This document shows, in pieces, positions 28,117-40,431 of a stretch of DNA of 64,000 bases (position 1 is its first letter; each line of letters begins with the position of its first letter). The position numbers were made by a program, and so were the translations under genes. The stretch is taken from assembly GCA_963778655.1 (NCBI GenBank), contig CAVZVA010000009.1, positions 544,001-608,000 on the forward strand, given 5' to 3'. Origin of the DNA: an uncultured delta proteobacterium. GTDB taxonomy: Bacteria; Myxococcota_A; Polyangia; Polyangiales; JAFGIB01. The notes beneath the pieces are model-generated. The model searched no databases. It had not been told where the DNA came from and saw only the letters and a program-made list of their open reading frames with translations.

Positions 28117-31100
28117 TCATCGGATGCGCTCGAACGTGCCTGGCTCGATGGCACGCTGGCCGATGACCGCGCGCACCAGGTGCGAGCCCCCGTCATCGGT
28201 GAAGGGAATCGCCGCGCTGTCGATTTGCAGCCCATCGAGCTCCACGTGGACGACCCCGCGGCTCTTGCGCTCCGGATTCTCGACCGTGATCTCGTAGCGG
28301 GTAGCTCCCAGCCTCAGAATGACGCTGAAGCGGGGCCACGTAGCTGGAATGCACGGCTCGAGCGCGAAGGTGTCCCCGCGGCGGCGTACCCCGAGGATCG
28401 CCTCGAGTCCGGCTCGATACATCCAGGCAGCGGAGCCTGTATACCATGTCCAGCCGCCGCGGCCCGCGTGAGAAGGATTGGTATATACGTCTCCGGCGAC
28501 GACGTACGGCTCGACCTTGTAACGCTCGATGGCTGCGGGTGTCCGTGTGTGATTCACCGGATTGAGCAGGTGGAAGAGCTCCATGGCTTCGTCGCCATTG
28601 CCCATTTCTGCTGCGGCCATCACGAGCCAAAGGGCGGCGTGCGTGTATTGGCCCCCGTTCTCGCGAACTCCAGGCGGGTAGCCCTTGATGTAGCCCGGGT
28701 CCTGGGCCGAGTGATCAAAAGGTGGCGACAGGAGCGGCACGACGCCTGCTTCGCGCCGCACCAGAAGTGTGCGCACTGAGTCCATCGCGCGCTCCGCACG
28801 GCTGGCGGCGGCGCGCCCAGAGAGCACGCTCCACGATTGCGAGATCGAGTCGATGCGGCACTCCTCGTTCTGGGCCGAGCCGAGCGCGGTACCGTCGTCG
28901 AAATAGGCGCGCGTGTACCAGTCCCCATCCCAGCTCTGATCGAGCGCAGCGCCGAGGCGGGTCGCCTCGCTTCGAAACCGAGCCGCGTGTTCGATGTCGC
29001 CTTGGCCTTCAGAGACACGTGCGAAGTCGGTGAGGACTTTCGACAAGAACCATCCGAGCCACACGCTTTCGCCGCGGCCGCCGATCCCAACGCGATTCAT
29101 TCCGTCGTTCCAATCACCACTACCGATCAGCGGCAAGCCATGGACTCCATGGGTGAGCCCTCGGTCGATCGCGCGAATGCAGTGCTCGTACAATGTAGCG
29201 TCCTGCTTCGAGACCACGGGGTGGCCGTAGGCTTCCTGCTCGTTCGTTGCGAGCACCGGCCCCTCCAGAAAGGCAACGCGCTCTTCGAGTACCGCGCGAT
29301 CGCCAGTGGCTTCAACGTAGTGTGCAACCACAAACGGCAGCCACAAGAGGTCGTCGGAGCAACGCGTGCGCGCGCCGGCCCCTGAGTGAGGATGCCACCA
29401 GTGCTGAACATCCCCCTGCACGAATTGGCGTGCCCCTGAGCGCAGCAGATGCTCGCGGCAGAGCTCGGGCGCGGCGAAGGTCAGTGCCATCACATCCTGC
29501 AGCTGGTCTCGGAAGCCGTACGCCCCGCCGGGCTGGTAGTAGGCAGTGCGCGCCCAGAGCCGGCACGCGATGGCTTGATAGAGCAGCCAAGGATTCAGCA
29601 GCAGATCGAACGAATCGTCGGGGGTGTGGACCTCGACCGCGCCGAGAAGGCGCTCCCACTGTCGCTCGACCTCAGCCAGTGCCCGCAGCGCCGCGGGCAC
29701 TTCGCCAAAGGCGTCGATCAACGCGAGGGCTGCGGCTCGGTCTTCGCCCTGACCGAGCAGAACCACGATTTGCCTCGTCTCGCCCGCGGCGAGCTCGACC
29801 GATCGCTGGAGCGCAGCGCACGGTTCGAGCCCGGCCCCGAAGCGGCCCGAAAGCTTCGTGCGACCGAGGCCAGCGGGTTGAGCCAGGCTGCCGTTGCGGC
29901 CGATGAACTCGAGACGGTCGCCGGTCGCCGACTGCAGGATACCCGCATAGGCGAAAGCCACACGCTCGGCAAAATCGCGATTGTAGCGATTGCTTGCCAA
30001 CACGGCTGACGACGCTGCGTGAAGCTCGGTGGTCACGTGCAGCTGATCACCGGCGACCGGTGGACAGAGCCTCCAGTCGTTGTAGGCGTAGACGCTGATG
30101 CGGCGGGCACGTGGACCATGGTTGGTAAGCGTCAGCAGAGCAAAGCGCACCGGCTCCGTGACGTGTGCGAAGATCGCGAGCTCTTGACCGATTCCGCGCT
30201 CGTTGTGCAGGTAACGAGTCACGCCGGCGGCGTGGCGCACGACCCAGCGTTCGCCGTCGGGCCCGCGGCGCAGCGGTCCGGGCGTCGCTCCCCACGCGCG
30301 ACCGTCTTCGTCGTCCCGCAGGTAGATGGCCTCTGCCGTCTCTTCGGTGACCGGGTCATTGGCAAACGGCGTGAGCCGGTTCTCCCGGCTGTTCTCCGAC
30401 CAGGTGTAGGCCGGCCCGGCCGCCGTCACGACGCTGCCGAAGCGCGGGTTGGCGAGCACGTTCGCCCACGGGAGCGGCGTTTGCTCAGCGCCATCGAGCA
30501 CGATCACGTACTCGCGACCACCCTGAGCAAAGCCGCCGCGCCCGTTCCAATGCACGAGCGCCGGCAGCGCCAACTTGGGCGGCGTGCCGGTCTGGAGTGA
30601 TCGGCTGGAGTTGGGCTCGATTCGGCTCGGGAGCGCCGGAGGCCATGCCGGCTCCTCGGGCACCCGTTGCAGCTGCTGTTCGATGGTACCGGCACCGCCG
30701 CGCAACACCACGCGGGCCACCGCGAAGAACAGGTTCCGCTCGGCCTCCCCGAGGCCGTCGCCGCGAAGCAAGAATGTCCCGCCCGCGCGGTTCTTCCACG
30801 CCCCCCATGCCCCGCCTGCGAGCAGTGCCTCGAGCTGCTCGTGCATCTCGTCGCGATAGCCGATCGGGTGATCGTTCAATACGAGCACGTCCGCGCTCAG
30901 GCCCTTCATGCGCCAATACTCTTGCGCGTGAAGCAACTCGCCGACCAACGGTACGTCGTCCGGCTCGAGCACCTGCAGCAAGAGTATCGGCAGGTCTCCC
31001 GAAATGCCGCGAGGCCAAAGGCCGCTTTGGCCGAGCACGTTGCGCGCGATCAGCTCTGGAGCAGCACGTAAGGAGTGGTCGATGTAGAATACGCGCGACG

Positions 31101-34100
31101 CGAGCCGCTCGAAGAGCTGCGCTTGCTCCAGCGAAATTCCCAAGTGGCGCACCGCGATCCCCAGTTGTGTGGCCGCCAGCGAAAAACTGCGTGAGGCCGA
31201 AGTCGGATCCGCGTACTTCATGCACAAGGCGACCGCCGCCGTGCGCTCCGCGGCCATTCCTGTCGCAAATGTGACCCTGGCACGCGCGCCTGGCCGGAGC
31301 CGAATGCGCTGCCGGAGGCTGAGAATCGGGTCCAGCGTGACCCCGCCAGTTCCAGACAGCGCGCGCCCATCCAGCGCGACGGGATCCCTACGGCTGCGGC
31401 CGCGGCCGATGAAGCGCTCGCGATCGGTTTCCCACTCCGCGGCGTATTGCGCCCGTCCGTCGAGGCTCAAGACGTGCACCACGAAATCGCCCGGGTCCCC
31501 GGCCGAGCGGGGCCGTCTCCCGCATATGAGCGACCCGGTGTCCGGTCGACACTCGGTCTCCAAGAACAGCTTACCGAATGCCGGATGCGCGAGATCATCG
31601 CCGCGCGATGCAAGTGCCACTTCGACGTAGCTCGTAACCTCGATCTCGCGGACTTCCGGGCCGCGGTTGATCAGCGTGAGCCGGCGAACATCGACGTCAT
31701 CTTCCGGAGAAACGGCAACTTCGAGCAAAGTCTCGATTTCGTCCACACGTTGGCGAATCGTGGCTTTGTCCGGCAAAAACGTCGCGAGGTAGCTGTCGGG
31801 CTCCCGGCAGGTCGGTTGATACGTCGCCGACCAGACCTGCCCCGAGCGCACGTCGCGCAGATAGATGAACTGGCTTCCCGGATCGGTGATGGCGTCCTCC
31901 CGCCACCTCGTCACCGCCTTGCCACGACAGATGCTGGCACCGCCGCCGCCATTCGTGATGACCGTGGTATAGCTGCCGTTCGAAAGAAACGCCGCGTGCG
32001 GATCTCGCGTGGCCGGGGTCCGAAAGCGACGCGGCGTGGCAGCCATGACCGGCGGGGCCACATGCGTGAGCTCGACGATCGGCCGGGGCCTCGTCAATGG
32101 CACGAAGGTCGGCATGCGCTCTTGGAGCAAGAGCTCCGTGGCTCGAACGCGCGGATGCGCGTGAAAGCGCGAGACCATGATGTCGCCGCACACTGCGTTG
32201 GCGAGCGCGACCAGCGTCATGCCTTGATGGTGTGCAAGAAAGATCCGAACAGACTGACCCTGCGCAGCGCTCGGAGTGGGTGCGTCTTCGCTGCCCTCGT
32301 AGGGCTCCCGTGGCGTGTGGTCCACAGCATCGTAGAACCCGTACCGACCGAGGGCGCCTTCGTGCGCCAATCGCCGCAGGTTTGCAGCCGCCTGTGCGGG
32401 GTCCACGGCGGCCGCCAGCGCAGTCGCGTAGGGTGCGACTACGAGGTCGTCGGCCAAGCCTCGCTTCAGTCCCAGCAGAGGCACGCCGAATGCCTTGTAT
32501 TGATAGTTGCCGTGTCGGTCCATGACGTTGAACGCAGACTCGGAGATCCCCCAAGCCACGTGGTGCGCTCGACCGTAGTCGATTTGGGCTCCGACGGCGG
32601 CTCCACACGACTGGTCGAGCAGCGTGTTCGGGTAGCTCCGCATCAGCAGGCGCGGCATCAGGTATTCGAACATCGAGCCACTCCAGGATACGATCGTCGG
32701 TGTGCCGCTCACGCCTACCAGAGAGCGGCCAAGCTGGAACCAATGGCCCTGGGGGACGTCGCCTTTCGCGATCGCGAAGAAGCTGGCAAGTCGTGCTTCC
32801 GACGCGAGCAGATCGTAGTACCCGCTGTCGAGGCGCCCTGGACCTTCGGGGTCGGCGAGCCGGTATCCGATCGAGAAGATGCGCCGATTTCCGTCGTACA
32901 AGAAGCCGAAGCTCATCGAGTACGCGAACACCTCAGCGCTGCCGGCGAGGGCGAGTAGCTGCTCCCGCGTACCTTGGGCGGTGTCGTCATCCTCTCTGCG
33001 GCGCAGCAGCTCGAGCAGCGCGCGACTCCAGTCGTCGATGTCCACACGCTCTGCGGAGGGACCGGGGTCGGATGGAAGCCGTGCGATCAGGCATTCGAGC
33101 TCGGTCGCAAGGCGTTCCTGCGCTCCAATTACATGTAACCCGGCGCCGGTCGCAGCCGTGAGAGCAACGAGCTCAGGCGTGACGCGCGCGACGCATGCGT
33201 CCAGCTCGCGCTCCGTAGCGTCCCGCGGAAACAATGCGAGGCTCTCGCTCAAGAGTGACGCGGTATCGACAATCGCGTCGAGCGCGAGCCTCTCGTCCGC
33301 CGGGCCCTGTGCCAGCCCGCGCAGACCTTCCGCCAGAGCCACCAGCGAGCCGGCCAGGTTTCCGCTGTCGACGGTGGAGACGTAGCGAGGCAACAGCGGG
33401 GCGAGACTTTTGGTGTCGTACCAGTTGAAGAAATGCCCCTTGTGGCGTTCGAGCTTGGCGAGCGTTCCGAGCGTGCAGGTGATCCGCTCGATCAGATCGG
33501 CGCGACTGATGAACCCGAGGTCGTGCGCCGATAGGCTCGCAAGCAGCCCCATACCGATGTTCGTCGGGGAGGTGCGATGGGCCACGCGCGCGTCGGGAAG
33601 CTCTTGATGGTTGTCTGGCGGGAGAAAGTGGTCCTCTTCGCCGGCAAAGTGCTCGAAGTAACGCCAGGTTCCACGGGCGTGCCGGCGCAAGAAAATCCGG
33701 TCTTCGACCGACAACGGGCGCGCGCGCGCCTGTGCTGGCCGACTCAGCCAGTACGCCACCAGCGGCGAGGAGAGCCAAAGAATCAGAAACGGCAGCGCTG
33801 AAGGCACGGCGACCGGCCGCGTCGCGAACAGAATCGAAAGCAGTGCGAGCGAAAGAACCGGACCGAACCACATCCGACGGGCAAAACTGCCCACCCCGAT
33901 CAGACCCGCGTGCCTCGACGTCGCCATCGCCGCGGTCTCCCACTCGAGCAGTCTCCGCTGGGTTATGACCAAACGTACGAGCGTCAGCCCTATCGCAAGC
34001 AGCATTTCCGCGGCCTGGTAGGCCAGCATCGTCACATCGAGCACGACTTGGGCAGCCGCGAGCTCCAGGGCCTTGCCGCTGTCGCGCAGGAACACGCGTA

Positions 34101-36696
34101 GGGGCTGCTGGGGACCAGGCCCTCCGAAGAACACCCAGGCCTGCTCCCAGATCGGAAACCCCATCGATGAAAGAACGGCGGCGACCCAGACCGTCGGGCT
34201 CCCCGGGAACCAAGTCGTCGCCGAGATGAGCACGGCCACGGTTGCCGGCACGACTAGACTGCGGCGCAAATTGTCGAGAATCTTCCACCGGCTAATCAGG
34301 GGAAGCCGATTGCGCCGCCAACCGTGCCGCGTCGGTACGACCGGAAAGAGCCAAAACAGGATCTGCCAATCGCCCCGCACCCAACGCCGCAGCCTCGCTG
34401 CGTGAGCGAGAACGCTGGAAGGAAACTCGTCCACCACCTCCACGTCGGAAACCAGGGCGGCGCGCGCGTAAATGCCCTCGAACAGATCGTGCGAAAGCAG
34501 CGCGTTGTCCGGCACCCGGCCCGCGAGCGCCGCCATGAAGGCATCGACGTCGTAGAGTCCCTTGCCGGTGAAGATTCCCTCCGCGAAAAGGTCCTGATAT
34601 GCGTCGGACACGGCTCGCGAGTATGGGTCTACGCCGGTGTGACCGGCGTACACTCGTGCGAAAACCGAGCCCGCAGCGCTCGCCATAGTGACGCTCACGC
34701 GGGGTTGGAGGATTCCATATCCACGGGTGACCCTACCGAGGTCGGCGTCCATCTTTGGTCGGTTGAGTGGATGTTCGATGATGCCGATGAGCTGCCGGGC
34801 GGCGTCGCGCGGCAGACGGCTATCGGCATCGAGCGTGATGCAGTAGCGCACCTGCGAAAGGACCGACGAATCCCCGACCAGAATCCGAAATGACGTGTCG
34901 GTCGCCCCACGCAACAGCCGATTGAACTCCTCGATCTTTCCGCGCTTCCGCTCCCAACCCATCCACACGCCTTCGCTCGAATTCCACTGTCGCGAGCGAT
35001 GGAACAGATAGAAGTGATTGGTTCCCCCGTTTGCATGCCGCGCATTCAGCGCTTCCAGCCCCGCAACTGCTGCGGCCAAGGTCTCCTGATCGCTCGATTC
35101 CTCGCACTGAAGCGAGTCGCGAAAGTCTGTCAGCAGGGCGAAATGGATGTGCGGGTCTGCGTTGGCGAGAGCCTGAATCTCGAGCCGCTCGATCACGACC
35201 TGCGCTTCGTCGACGCTGCCGAGCAGCGTCGGCACGATCACCATGGTCCGGGCCTCCACGGGAACGTCACGCTCGAATACGATTCGGGGCAAGCGCCGTG
35301 GCGGGGCGAGCCAGTGTACGATCTTGTGGACGAGCCTCACTGCGAGCTGGCTCGCAGGCAAAAGCGTGAGCAGTCCGACGCATTGCAAGGAGACGGTGGA
35401 AGCGCCGTGCAGGCGGGCGTACGTGACGCTCCAAGCCACCAAGGCCGCAGTGAAGGCAGTTATCGACCCGAGATAGAAGAACGTGGCGTGGGCAAACAGC
35501 GGCCGGCGGATCCGTCCCCAGAAACGCGGCGCGTAGGCGACGTCGAGCTCGAGCTCTCGACGTCCCGGACCGATCAAGTGATAGCCGACATGGGCGCGTT
35601 CCGGGTCGTCGGGATGTCCTTCGGCCGCTTGGCGTGCGCTCTCGACCGCGCGCAGCGCGACCGTGACTTGAGCCTCTGCGTTCGGATCGGCAAGATCCTC
35701 GATCGCTTGGCGATAGCGATCGCGGCTCGGGAAATCCATCTGGCTGTAGACGCCAGCCGGGTCCCGCCGCAGCACGTGCTCGATCAAGCTTACGCGCTCG
35801 ATGGCACGGTTCCAGTCGATGGTCGAGACCAGCCGCAGGCTCGTGATCGAATTGCCGATCGAGGCATGCCCGGTCGTTTGCCGCTGGTGCTCGGCACGCA
35901 CGGCATCGTCGATGCTGAGCCCGGAACCTTCGAGACGCGCTTCGAGCATGATTCGGAGCTCGGAGACACGTGGACCCAGCTCGCGCATCCGCTGCACGAG
36001 CTGCAGCACGAATGCGTCCGGCACGAGGTCGGGCAGGGCCGGCAGCGGACCGTCGCGGGTCGACTCGAAACGGGCGAAGTAGCGATCTGCGTCGGCTTCG
36101 CCGACACGGCTGTTCATGAGCTCCTGCGCGAGGGCGCCGAGATTCTCGATCAGGCACAGTTGCAGCAGGCTGGGCCACGCCCAGAGCTCGCCGAGCGTGA
36201 GCGGCGCAACCGCCTGATAGGCGGTCAGAAAGCGACTCATCCGCTCGAGGTCGAAACGTGCATCGCTGTGGCGGATGAAATCGCGCGCCATTGCATGGAC
36301 GCGGGGCGTTCCCGCAGCTTCTCGCGTCGCGAGCCTGGGAAGCTCCAGATAGTAACGCGGCGGAAGGTTCTTCCCGGTATCTGCGATCGCGCCTTCCAGA
36401 ACGTGAAAATTGTCGAGGAGCCACTCGGCGCCGGGGGCGAGGGGCTTTCCGTCGTGCACGGCTCGGACGAGCGCCTGGTAGGCGGAGCGCAAGACGCGAG
36501 CGTTCTCCCGAACGCGCGATTGGGCTGAACGCAGGCGACCACGGGTATCGCGGGCAAGCGTATAGCTCGCGGCCAGGCTCCGAGCATGCTCCTCGAGATG
36601 CTCGATGCTGAGCATCTCGCCGCGGAGCGGACCCGCGTCGCCGCGCCGCCCCGCAGCCTTCTTCTGATTGCTTGCTGCCGTGGCGTTCATGGGCAT
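28117..36696 (-). CDS. cgs: Cyclic beta-1,2-glucan synthase (Cgs/ChvB type) with C-terminal GH94 phosphorylase region
   Basis: 2859 aa; [93 protein letters not shown]. Confidence 0.95.
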   Translation of the reverse strand: MPMNATAASNQKKAAGRRGDAGPLRGEMLSIEHLEEHARSLAASYTLARDTRGRLRSAQSRVRENARVLRSAYQALVRAVHDGKPLAPGAEWLLDNFHVLEGAIADTGKNLPPRYYLELPRLATREAAGTPRVHAMARDFIRHSDARFDLERMSRFLTAYQAVAPLTLGELWAWPSLLQLCLIENLGALAQELMNSRVGEADADRYFARFESTRDGPLPALPDLVPDAFVLQLVQRMRELGPRVSELRIMLEARLEGSGLSIDDAVRAEHQRQTTGHASIGNSITSLRLVSTIDWNRAIERVSLIEHVLRRDPAGVYSQMDFPSRDRYRQAIEDLADPNAEAQVTVALRAVESARQAAEGHPDDPERAHVGYHLIGPGRRELELDVAYAPRFWGRIRRPLFAHATFFYLGSITAFTAALVAWSVTYARLHGASTVSLQCVGLLTLLPASQLAVRLVHKIVHWLAPPRRLPRIVFERDVPVEARTMVIVPTLLGSVDEAQVVIERLEIQALANADPHIHFALLTDFRDSLQCEESSDQETLAAAVAGLEALNARHANGGTNHFYLFHRSRQWNSSEGVWMGWERKRGKIEEFNRLLRGATDTSFRILVGDSSVLSQVRYCITLDADSRLPRDAARQLIGIIEHPLNRPKMDADLGRVTRGYGILQPRVSVTMASAAGSVFARVYAGHTGVDPYSRAVSDAYQDLFAEGIFTGKGLYDVDAFMAALAGRVPDNALLSHDLFEGIYARAALVSDVEVVDEFPSSVLAHAARLRRWVRGDWQILFWLFPVVPTRHGWRRNRLPLISRWKILDNLRRSLVVPATVAVLISATTWFPGSPTVWVAAVLSSMGFPIWEQAWVFFGGPGPQQPLRVFLRDSGKALELAAAQVVLDVTMLAYQAAEMLLAIGLTLVRLVITQRRLLEWETAAMATSRHAGLIGVGSFARRMWFGPVLSLALLSILFATRPVAVPSALPFLILWLSSPLVAYWLSRPAQARARPLSVEDRIFLRRHARGTWRYFEHFAGEEDHFLPPDNHQELPDARVAHRTSPTNIGMGLLASLSAHDLGFISRADLIERITCTLGTLAKLERHKGHFFNWYDTKSLAPLLPRYVSTVDSGNLAGSLVALAEGLRGLAQGPADERLALDAIVDTASLLSESLALFPRDATERELDACVARVTPELVALTAATGAGLHVIGAQERLATELECLIARLPSDPGPSAERVDIDDWSRALLELLRRREDDDTAQGTREQLLALAGSAEVFAYSMSFGFLYDGNRRIFSIGYRLADPEGPGRLDSGYYDLLASEARLASFFAIAKGDVPQGHWFQLGRSLVGVSGTPTIVSWSGSMFEYLMPRLLMRSYPNTLLDQSCGAAVGAQIDYGRAHHVAWGISESAFNVMDRHGNYQYKAFGVPLLGLKRGLADDLVVAPYATALAAAVDPAQAAANLRRLAHEGALGRYGFYDAVDHTPREPYEGSEDAPTPSAAQGQSVRIFLAHHQGMTLVALANAVCGDIMVSRFHAHPRVRATELLLQERMPTFVPLTRPRPIVELTHVAPPVMAATPRRFRTPATRDPHAAFLSNGSYTTVITNGGGGASICRGKAVTRWREDAITDPGSQFIYLRDVRSGQVWSATYQPTCREPDSYLATFLPDKATIRQRVDEIETLLEVAVSPEDDVDVRRLTLINRGPEVREIEVTSYVEVALASRGDDLAHPAFGKLFLETECRPDTGSLICGRRPRSAGDPGDFVVHVLSLDGRAQYAAEWETDRERFIGRGRSRRDPVALDGRALSGTGGVTLDPILSLRQRIRLRPGARARVTFATGMAAERTAAVALCMKYADPTSASRSFSLAATQLGIAVRHLGISLEQAQLFERLASRVFYIDHSLRAAPELIARNVLGQSGLWPRGISGDLPILLLQVLEPDDVPLVGELLHAQEYWRMKGLSADVLVLNDHPIGYRDEMHEQLEALLAGGAWGAWKNRAGGTFLLRGDGLGEAERNLFFAVARVVLRGGAGTIEQQLQRVPEEPAWPPALPSRIEPNSSRSLQTGTPPKLALPALVHWNGRGGFAQGGREYVIVLDGAEQTPLPWANVLANPRFGSVVTAAGPAYTWSENSRENRLTPFANDPVTEETAEAIYLRDDEDGRAWGATPGPLRRGPDGERWVVRHAAGVTRYLHNERGIGQELAIFAHVTEPVRFALLTLTNHGPRARRISVYAYNDWRLCPPVAGDQLHVTTELHAASSAVLASNRYNRDFAERVAFAYAGILQSATGDRLEFIGRNGSLAQPAGLGRTKLSGRFGAGLEPCAALQRSVELAAGETRQIVVLLGQGEDRAAALALIDAFGEVPAALRALAEVERQWERLLGAVEVHTPDDSFDLLLNPWLLYQAIACRLWARTAYYQPGGAYGFRDQLQDVMALTFAAPELCREHLLRSGARQFVQGDVQHWWHPHSGAGARTRCSDDLLWLPFVVAHYVEATGDRAVLEERVAFLEGPVLATNEQEAYGHPVVSKQDATLYEHCIRAIDRGLTHGVHGLPLIGSGDWNDGMNRVGIGGRGESVWLGWFLSKVLTDFARVSEGQGDIEHAARFRSEATRLGAALDQSWDGDWYTRAYFDDGTALGSAQNEECRIDSISQSWSVLSGRAAASRAERAMDSVRTLLVRREAGVVPLLSPPFDHSAQDPGYIKGYPPGVRENGGQYTHAALWLVMAAAEMGNGDEAMELFHLLNPVNHTRTPAAIERYKVEPYVVAGDVYTNPSHAGRGGWTWYTGSAAWMYRAGLEAILGVRRRGDTFALEPCIPATWPRFSVILRLGATRYEITVENPERKSRGVVHVELDGLQIDSAAIPFTDDGGSHLVRAVIGQRAIEPGTFERIR

Positions 36697-36871
36697 GCCA
36701 AACGCTAGCCTTGAATCGCGCCGCTCTCATCCGGTGCATCGGGTCCCGCGCTGGGCCGGTGCAAGGCACTGCGGCTCGGCACCGGGCTCCAAACGCTCGG
36801 CAGAGGTGAAGATGGCAAACCGGAGCGACGGACGCCGGCCAACCCGCCGGCGCCGCCGGCGCACTTCTGGG

Positions 36872-37303
36872 TCAGTCCCGCTTGAACCATCCCATCGACA
36901 ACAGCAGCAAGCTGTCTTCGAGCGCTTCGACGTCGTGGGCGACAGCACGGTCGAGCGCCAGCAAATCGCCGGCAGCGAGATCGATCGTTTCACCCGGCAG
37001 GTGGAGCCGGAGCCGTCCAGAAAGGGCCTGCACCGTGGCATGTTGGTCGGTCTGGTGCTCGCGCACGCGCGCGCCGGTCCTCAGCGCGATCAGCACGACA
37101 CGGAAGTTCTCGTACTTGGCCAGAGTTCTTGCGTTGTGGCCGTTGAGACGCCAGGCGTCCTCCGTCTTCAGCGCAGCAGCCTCTGCGGCCAAATCAAACC
37201 GAAGAGCCCTGCCGTGAAGGGCCCGTGGTGTTCGCTCGGACACCCCGCCATCGAGAGCGATCTGTGCGCGTTTGTCCACGTTGGCTCGTACATATGCCCC
37301 CAA
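36872..37303 (-). CDS. Cupin-domain protein (start uncertain)
   Basis: RVVLIALRTG..REH..TVQALSG..LAAGDLLALDRAVAHDVEALEDS. Confidence 0.8.
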   Translation of the reverse strand: MGAYVRANVDKRAQIALDGGVSERTPRALHGRALRFDLAAEAAALKTEDAWRLNGHNARTLAKYENFRVVLIALRTGARVREHQTDQHATVQALSGRLRLHLPGETIDLAAGDLLALDRAVAHDVEALEDSLLLLSMGWFKRD

Positions 37304-37404
37304 CGGCGACCCGCAAGCGGGCTATCGCAACGATCTCAGCCCGCTCGAGTCCGCGGTCGCGAGCGAGCTCGCCCGCTCGCAAGTATCCTCGCTGAAACCT
37401 CTGC

Positions 37405-37665
37405 TCACGCGCGTGCCCCTACCGGGATGACGAGTGATGGCCGCCAGAGCTGAATGTTCTTGGATTCCACCTGGTTCGCATGCGCTCCACCGAAGAACGC
37501 GATGATCATGAATGGAGTCGCCACCAGCGCGACCGGCAGCAACAGCATGAGCATGGGAAGCGCTGCCAGCGCAACGAACGGCGGCATGAGAACCAATGCG
37601 ACGGCGACCACGACTGCCCGGAACGGGCCAATACGCGGTGCGCTGGGCGATAGATGATGGAACAC
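37405..37665 (-). CDS. Small membrane protein, hypothetical
   Basis: AGGAGG RBS before GTG 37665; long hydrophobic hairpin VVVAVALVLMPPFVALAALPMLMLLLPVALVATPFMIIAFFG. Confidence 0.6.
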   Translation of the reverse strand: MFHHLSPSAPRIGPFRAVVVAVALVLMPPFVALAALPMLMLLLPVALVATPFMIIAFFGGAHANQVESKNIQLWRPSLVIPVGARA

Positions 37666-37834
37666 GGGACCTCCTGCGATTCTCGGAGGCGTTCTCGCGT
37701 CCGGTTTCGAAATCGGAGGGGTGGCTCGCCAGTCTTCCCCCGAGCTCTGGCCCCCCGCTTGTTTCAATGTGCGTCGTCGATCCAGCTGACGCAAGGCGGG
37801 GACGTACGAATAGCGCCTATGGGGTTCTTCGCAT

Positions 37835-39031
37835 TTACGCCTGGGCGCAGGCCCCGCGCCGAACGTGATGGCGTCGCGCGCCGGTGCGAGGCATGCGCCC
37901 GGGATCCGCCGCAGTCGGGGCTCGCGCCCCGTCACGGGAGGCTCGCCTGGCCGAGCGCCACGAAGGCAGCGCGCAGCGCAGCACGCGGCGCAGCGCGCTG
38001 CCGACCTGTCGGCCGAGCGGCCCGCTGTTGTAGCTGACGCCGTGGCGCTCGCAGATCGCCCTCACCCGGGGCGCGAGCTCTTCATAGCGATGCGCCGGCA
38101 AGTCCGGAAACAGATGGTGCTCGATTTGATGGCTGAGGTGGCCGCTCAGCAGGTACAGCCAGCGCGGGCCTTCGATGTTCGCGGAGCCACGGACCTGGCG
38201 CCAATACCAGCCGCCGCGCGTTTCACCCTCCACGTCGGCCGGCACGTACATCTCCACGCCCTGCGGAAAGTGCCCGCAAAAGATGACTAGGAACGCCCAC
38301 ACGTTGCGCACCAGGTTCGCGCTCAAGTTGGCGGTGATCACGAACGGGGCCGAGGGACCGGCGAGCAGCGGAAACATCACGTAGTCCTTGAGCAACTGCG
38401 GCGCCGCCTTCTTCGCGATCGCGCGCACCTGCGGCCAGGCATCGCGCAGCGGTTTGTCCCTGGTGAGCAAGCGGTTGACCTCGAGGTCGTGCACGGCCAC
38501 CGCCCCTTCGAACGCGAGCATCTGCACCAGCGCGTAGACAGGCTGCAGCGCGTGCGCCGGCAGCCACCGTTGCTCATCCGCCATCCGCAACAGGCCGTAG
38601 CCAACATCGCGGTCCATGCCCACGATGTTCGTGAAGGTATGGTGCATGTAGTTGTGCGAGTGCCGCCAGTGCTCCGCCGGACAGGCCCAGTCCCACTCGT
38701 ACTGCTTGCTTGCGAGTGCGGGATCGTTCATCCAGTCGTACTGACCGTGCAGCACGTTGTGCCCGATCTCCATGTTCTCGAGAATCTTGGACAGTGAAAG
38801 CAGGCCCACGCCGGCAAACCATGCCGGGGGCAGCACGGCGACCAACAACGATGCGCGACCGGCGATCTCGGCCGAACGCTGTAGGCGCAGAACGCGCCGG
38901 ATGTAGCGCGCATCGCGCTCGCCGAGCTCCGCAATCACGTGCTGGCGCAGCGCGTCGAGCTCCGCGCCAAACGCCTCGAGCTGCGAAGCGCTGGGCCGCG
39001 CCGAGGTTCCCTCTCTCGTTGCCGCATCCAT
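37835..39031 (-). CDS. Membrane acyl-CoA desaturase (mycobacterial DesA3-like)
   Basis: His boxes HNVLHG, HSHNYMHH, QIEHHLFP; GGAGG RBS before ATG 39031. Confidence 0.93.
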   Translation of the reverse strand: MDAATREGTSARPSASQLEAFGAELDALRQHVIAELGERDARYIRRVLRLQRSAEIAGRASLLVAVLPPAWFAGVGLLSLSKILENMEIGHNVLHGQYDWMNDPALASKQYEWDWACPAEHWRHSHNYMHHTFTNIVGMDRDVGYGLLRMADEQRWLPAHALQPVYALVQMLAFEGAVAVHDLEVNRLLTRDKPLRDAWPQVRAIAKKAAPQLLKDYVMFPLLAGPSAPFVITANLSANLVRNVWAFLVIFCGHFPQGVEMYVPADVEGETRGGWYWRQVRGSANIEGPRWLYLLSGHLSHQIEHHLFPDLPAHRYEELAPRVRAICERHGVSYNSGPLGRQVGSALRRVLRCALPSWRSARRASRDGARAPTAADPGRMPRTGARRHHVRRGACAQA

Positions 39032-39042
39032 GCAGCCTCCTC

Positions 39043-40176
39043 TCAAAGCTCCAGCGTCACGTCCGAACGCGGGGTGGTGACGCAAAGTTGTATGTACTGT
39101 CCCGGCTCCTCGCTGACCAGACCGGTCAGCTCGTTACGCACGCTACCGCTCAACATGCGGCACTTGCACATATGGCAAATTCCCGCGCGACAGCCGTGCG
39201 CTGGGCGCGCTCCAGCAGCCTCGACTTGCTCGAGCAGCGAGCTTTCCGAGCGGACGCGGATCTCGCGTCCACTCGCGGCGAGCACGAGCCGAAAGCCGGT
39301 CGAAACCTGCTCGCTCCGCGTGCGAAACGGCGCCGTAGCAAAGGATTCGACGTGCAGGCGATGCGTGAGGCCGTGTGCTTGCCACAGGTCCATCACGGCC
39401 CGCAGCATCGACGGAGGCCCACAGGCAAACGTCTCACGCTCGAAGAAGTCCGGGGCAAACGCCTCGAGTTGACCGAGTGTGAGGTGATTGGTGGCCACGC
39501 TGGCGGCGGGCCGCGTCCCGGTGAGGAACGAAGCCATGCGCAATCCCGGGGTGCGCACAGACAGCTCGGCAAGCTCGCGCTCGAAAATCACTTCGCGGCG
39601 GGCGTAGCCCAGGCATGCGATCTCGCCGGTGTAGCCGCCGGCGACCAGGTGCCGCAGCATCGACATGATCGGCGTGATCCCGGTGCCGCCGCTGATGAAC
39701 AGCAGCTTCGGCGGGAGCGGACCCGGAAGCAGGAAGTCGCCGAGCGCCTGGCTTAGCTGCACCATCTCGCCCGCGCGCGCGCCGTTGGCGGCCCACGCCC
39801 CAACGCGCCCGCCACGCAGGTGCTTGATGGTGAGGCGGACGCCGGGGCCGTCCTCTGGTGCAGAGGACAGCGAAAAGCAGCGCGTATAGCGAACGCCGTC
39901 GATTTGCACGGACAACAGGACCGCCTGCCCCGCACGAAAACCCCGCCAATTCTCGTTGGGAATCAGGAACAACGAGGTGGCGTCTGCGTGCTCGCGTCGC
40001 ACCGTGGCGATGCGCGCCCTGACCTCGCGCACAGACCACGACGCTTCGATCGCGGCGAGGTAGTCGTCGACGTGATGCGGCGTGACCAACGCAGACACGG
40101 CGCGCGTGCGCAGCACGGCGTTGAGAGGCCGCCGCGCCCGCACGAGCCGCGCTCGCCATGAAGAGTTGCCAAGCAT
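39043..40176 (-). CDS. Ferredoxin reductase partner of the desaturase (FAD/NAD/[2Fe-2S])
   Basis: RCFSLSS, SGGTGITP, CGP, GCRAGICHMC..QLC; directly upstream of the desaturase. Confidence 0.92.
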   Translation of the reverse strand: MLGNSSWRARLVRARRPLNAVLRTRAVSALVTPHHVDDYLAAIEASWSVREVRARIATVRREHADATSLFLIPNENWRGFRAGQAVLLSVQIDGVRYTRCFSLSSAPEDGPGVRLTIKHLRGGRVGAWAANGARAGEMVQLSQALGDFLLPGPLPPKLLFISGGTGITPIMSMLRHLVAGGYTGEIACLGYARREVIFERELAELSVRTPGLRMASFLTGTRPAASVATNHLTLGQLEAFAPDFFERETFACGPPSMLRAVMDLWQAHGLTHRLHVESFATAPFRTRSEQVSTGFRLVLAASGREIRVRSESSLLEQVEAAGARPAHGCRAGICHMCKCRMLSGSVRNELTGLVSEEPGQYIQLCVTTPRSDVTLEL

Positions 40177-40431
40177 CGCCAAACTCACTTTGCCCCCCAA
40201 TCGTGACGGCCGTTTCCGAGCTGTGACCAGCTCTCTGGCCGCCGTGTGTCGATTTCGTACAGGCCGAAGTCTCCGACGCGTCGTGCACGGACGCACTTAG
40301 CCGCAACACCGACCGTGGCAAGCATGGAAGCGCGCACGAGCCTCCCCAGCATCTCGGCCGCGGGTCGTGCTCCCGCAGCGGGTTCCAAGGCAACCGAATC
40401 GACACAATCGCCGGATATCCCTCCCGGCCGT

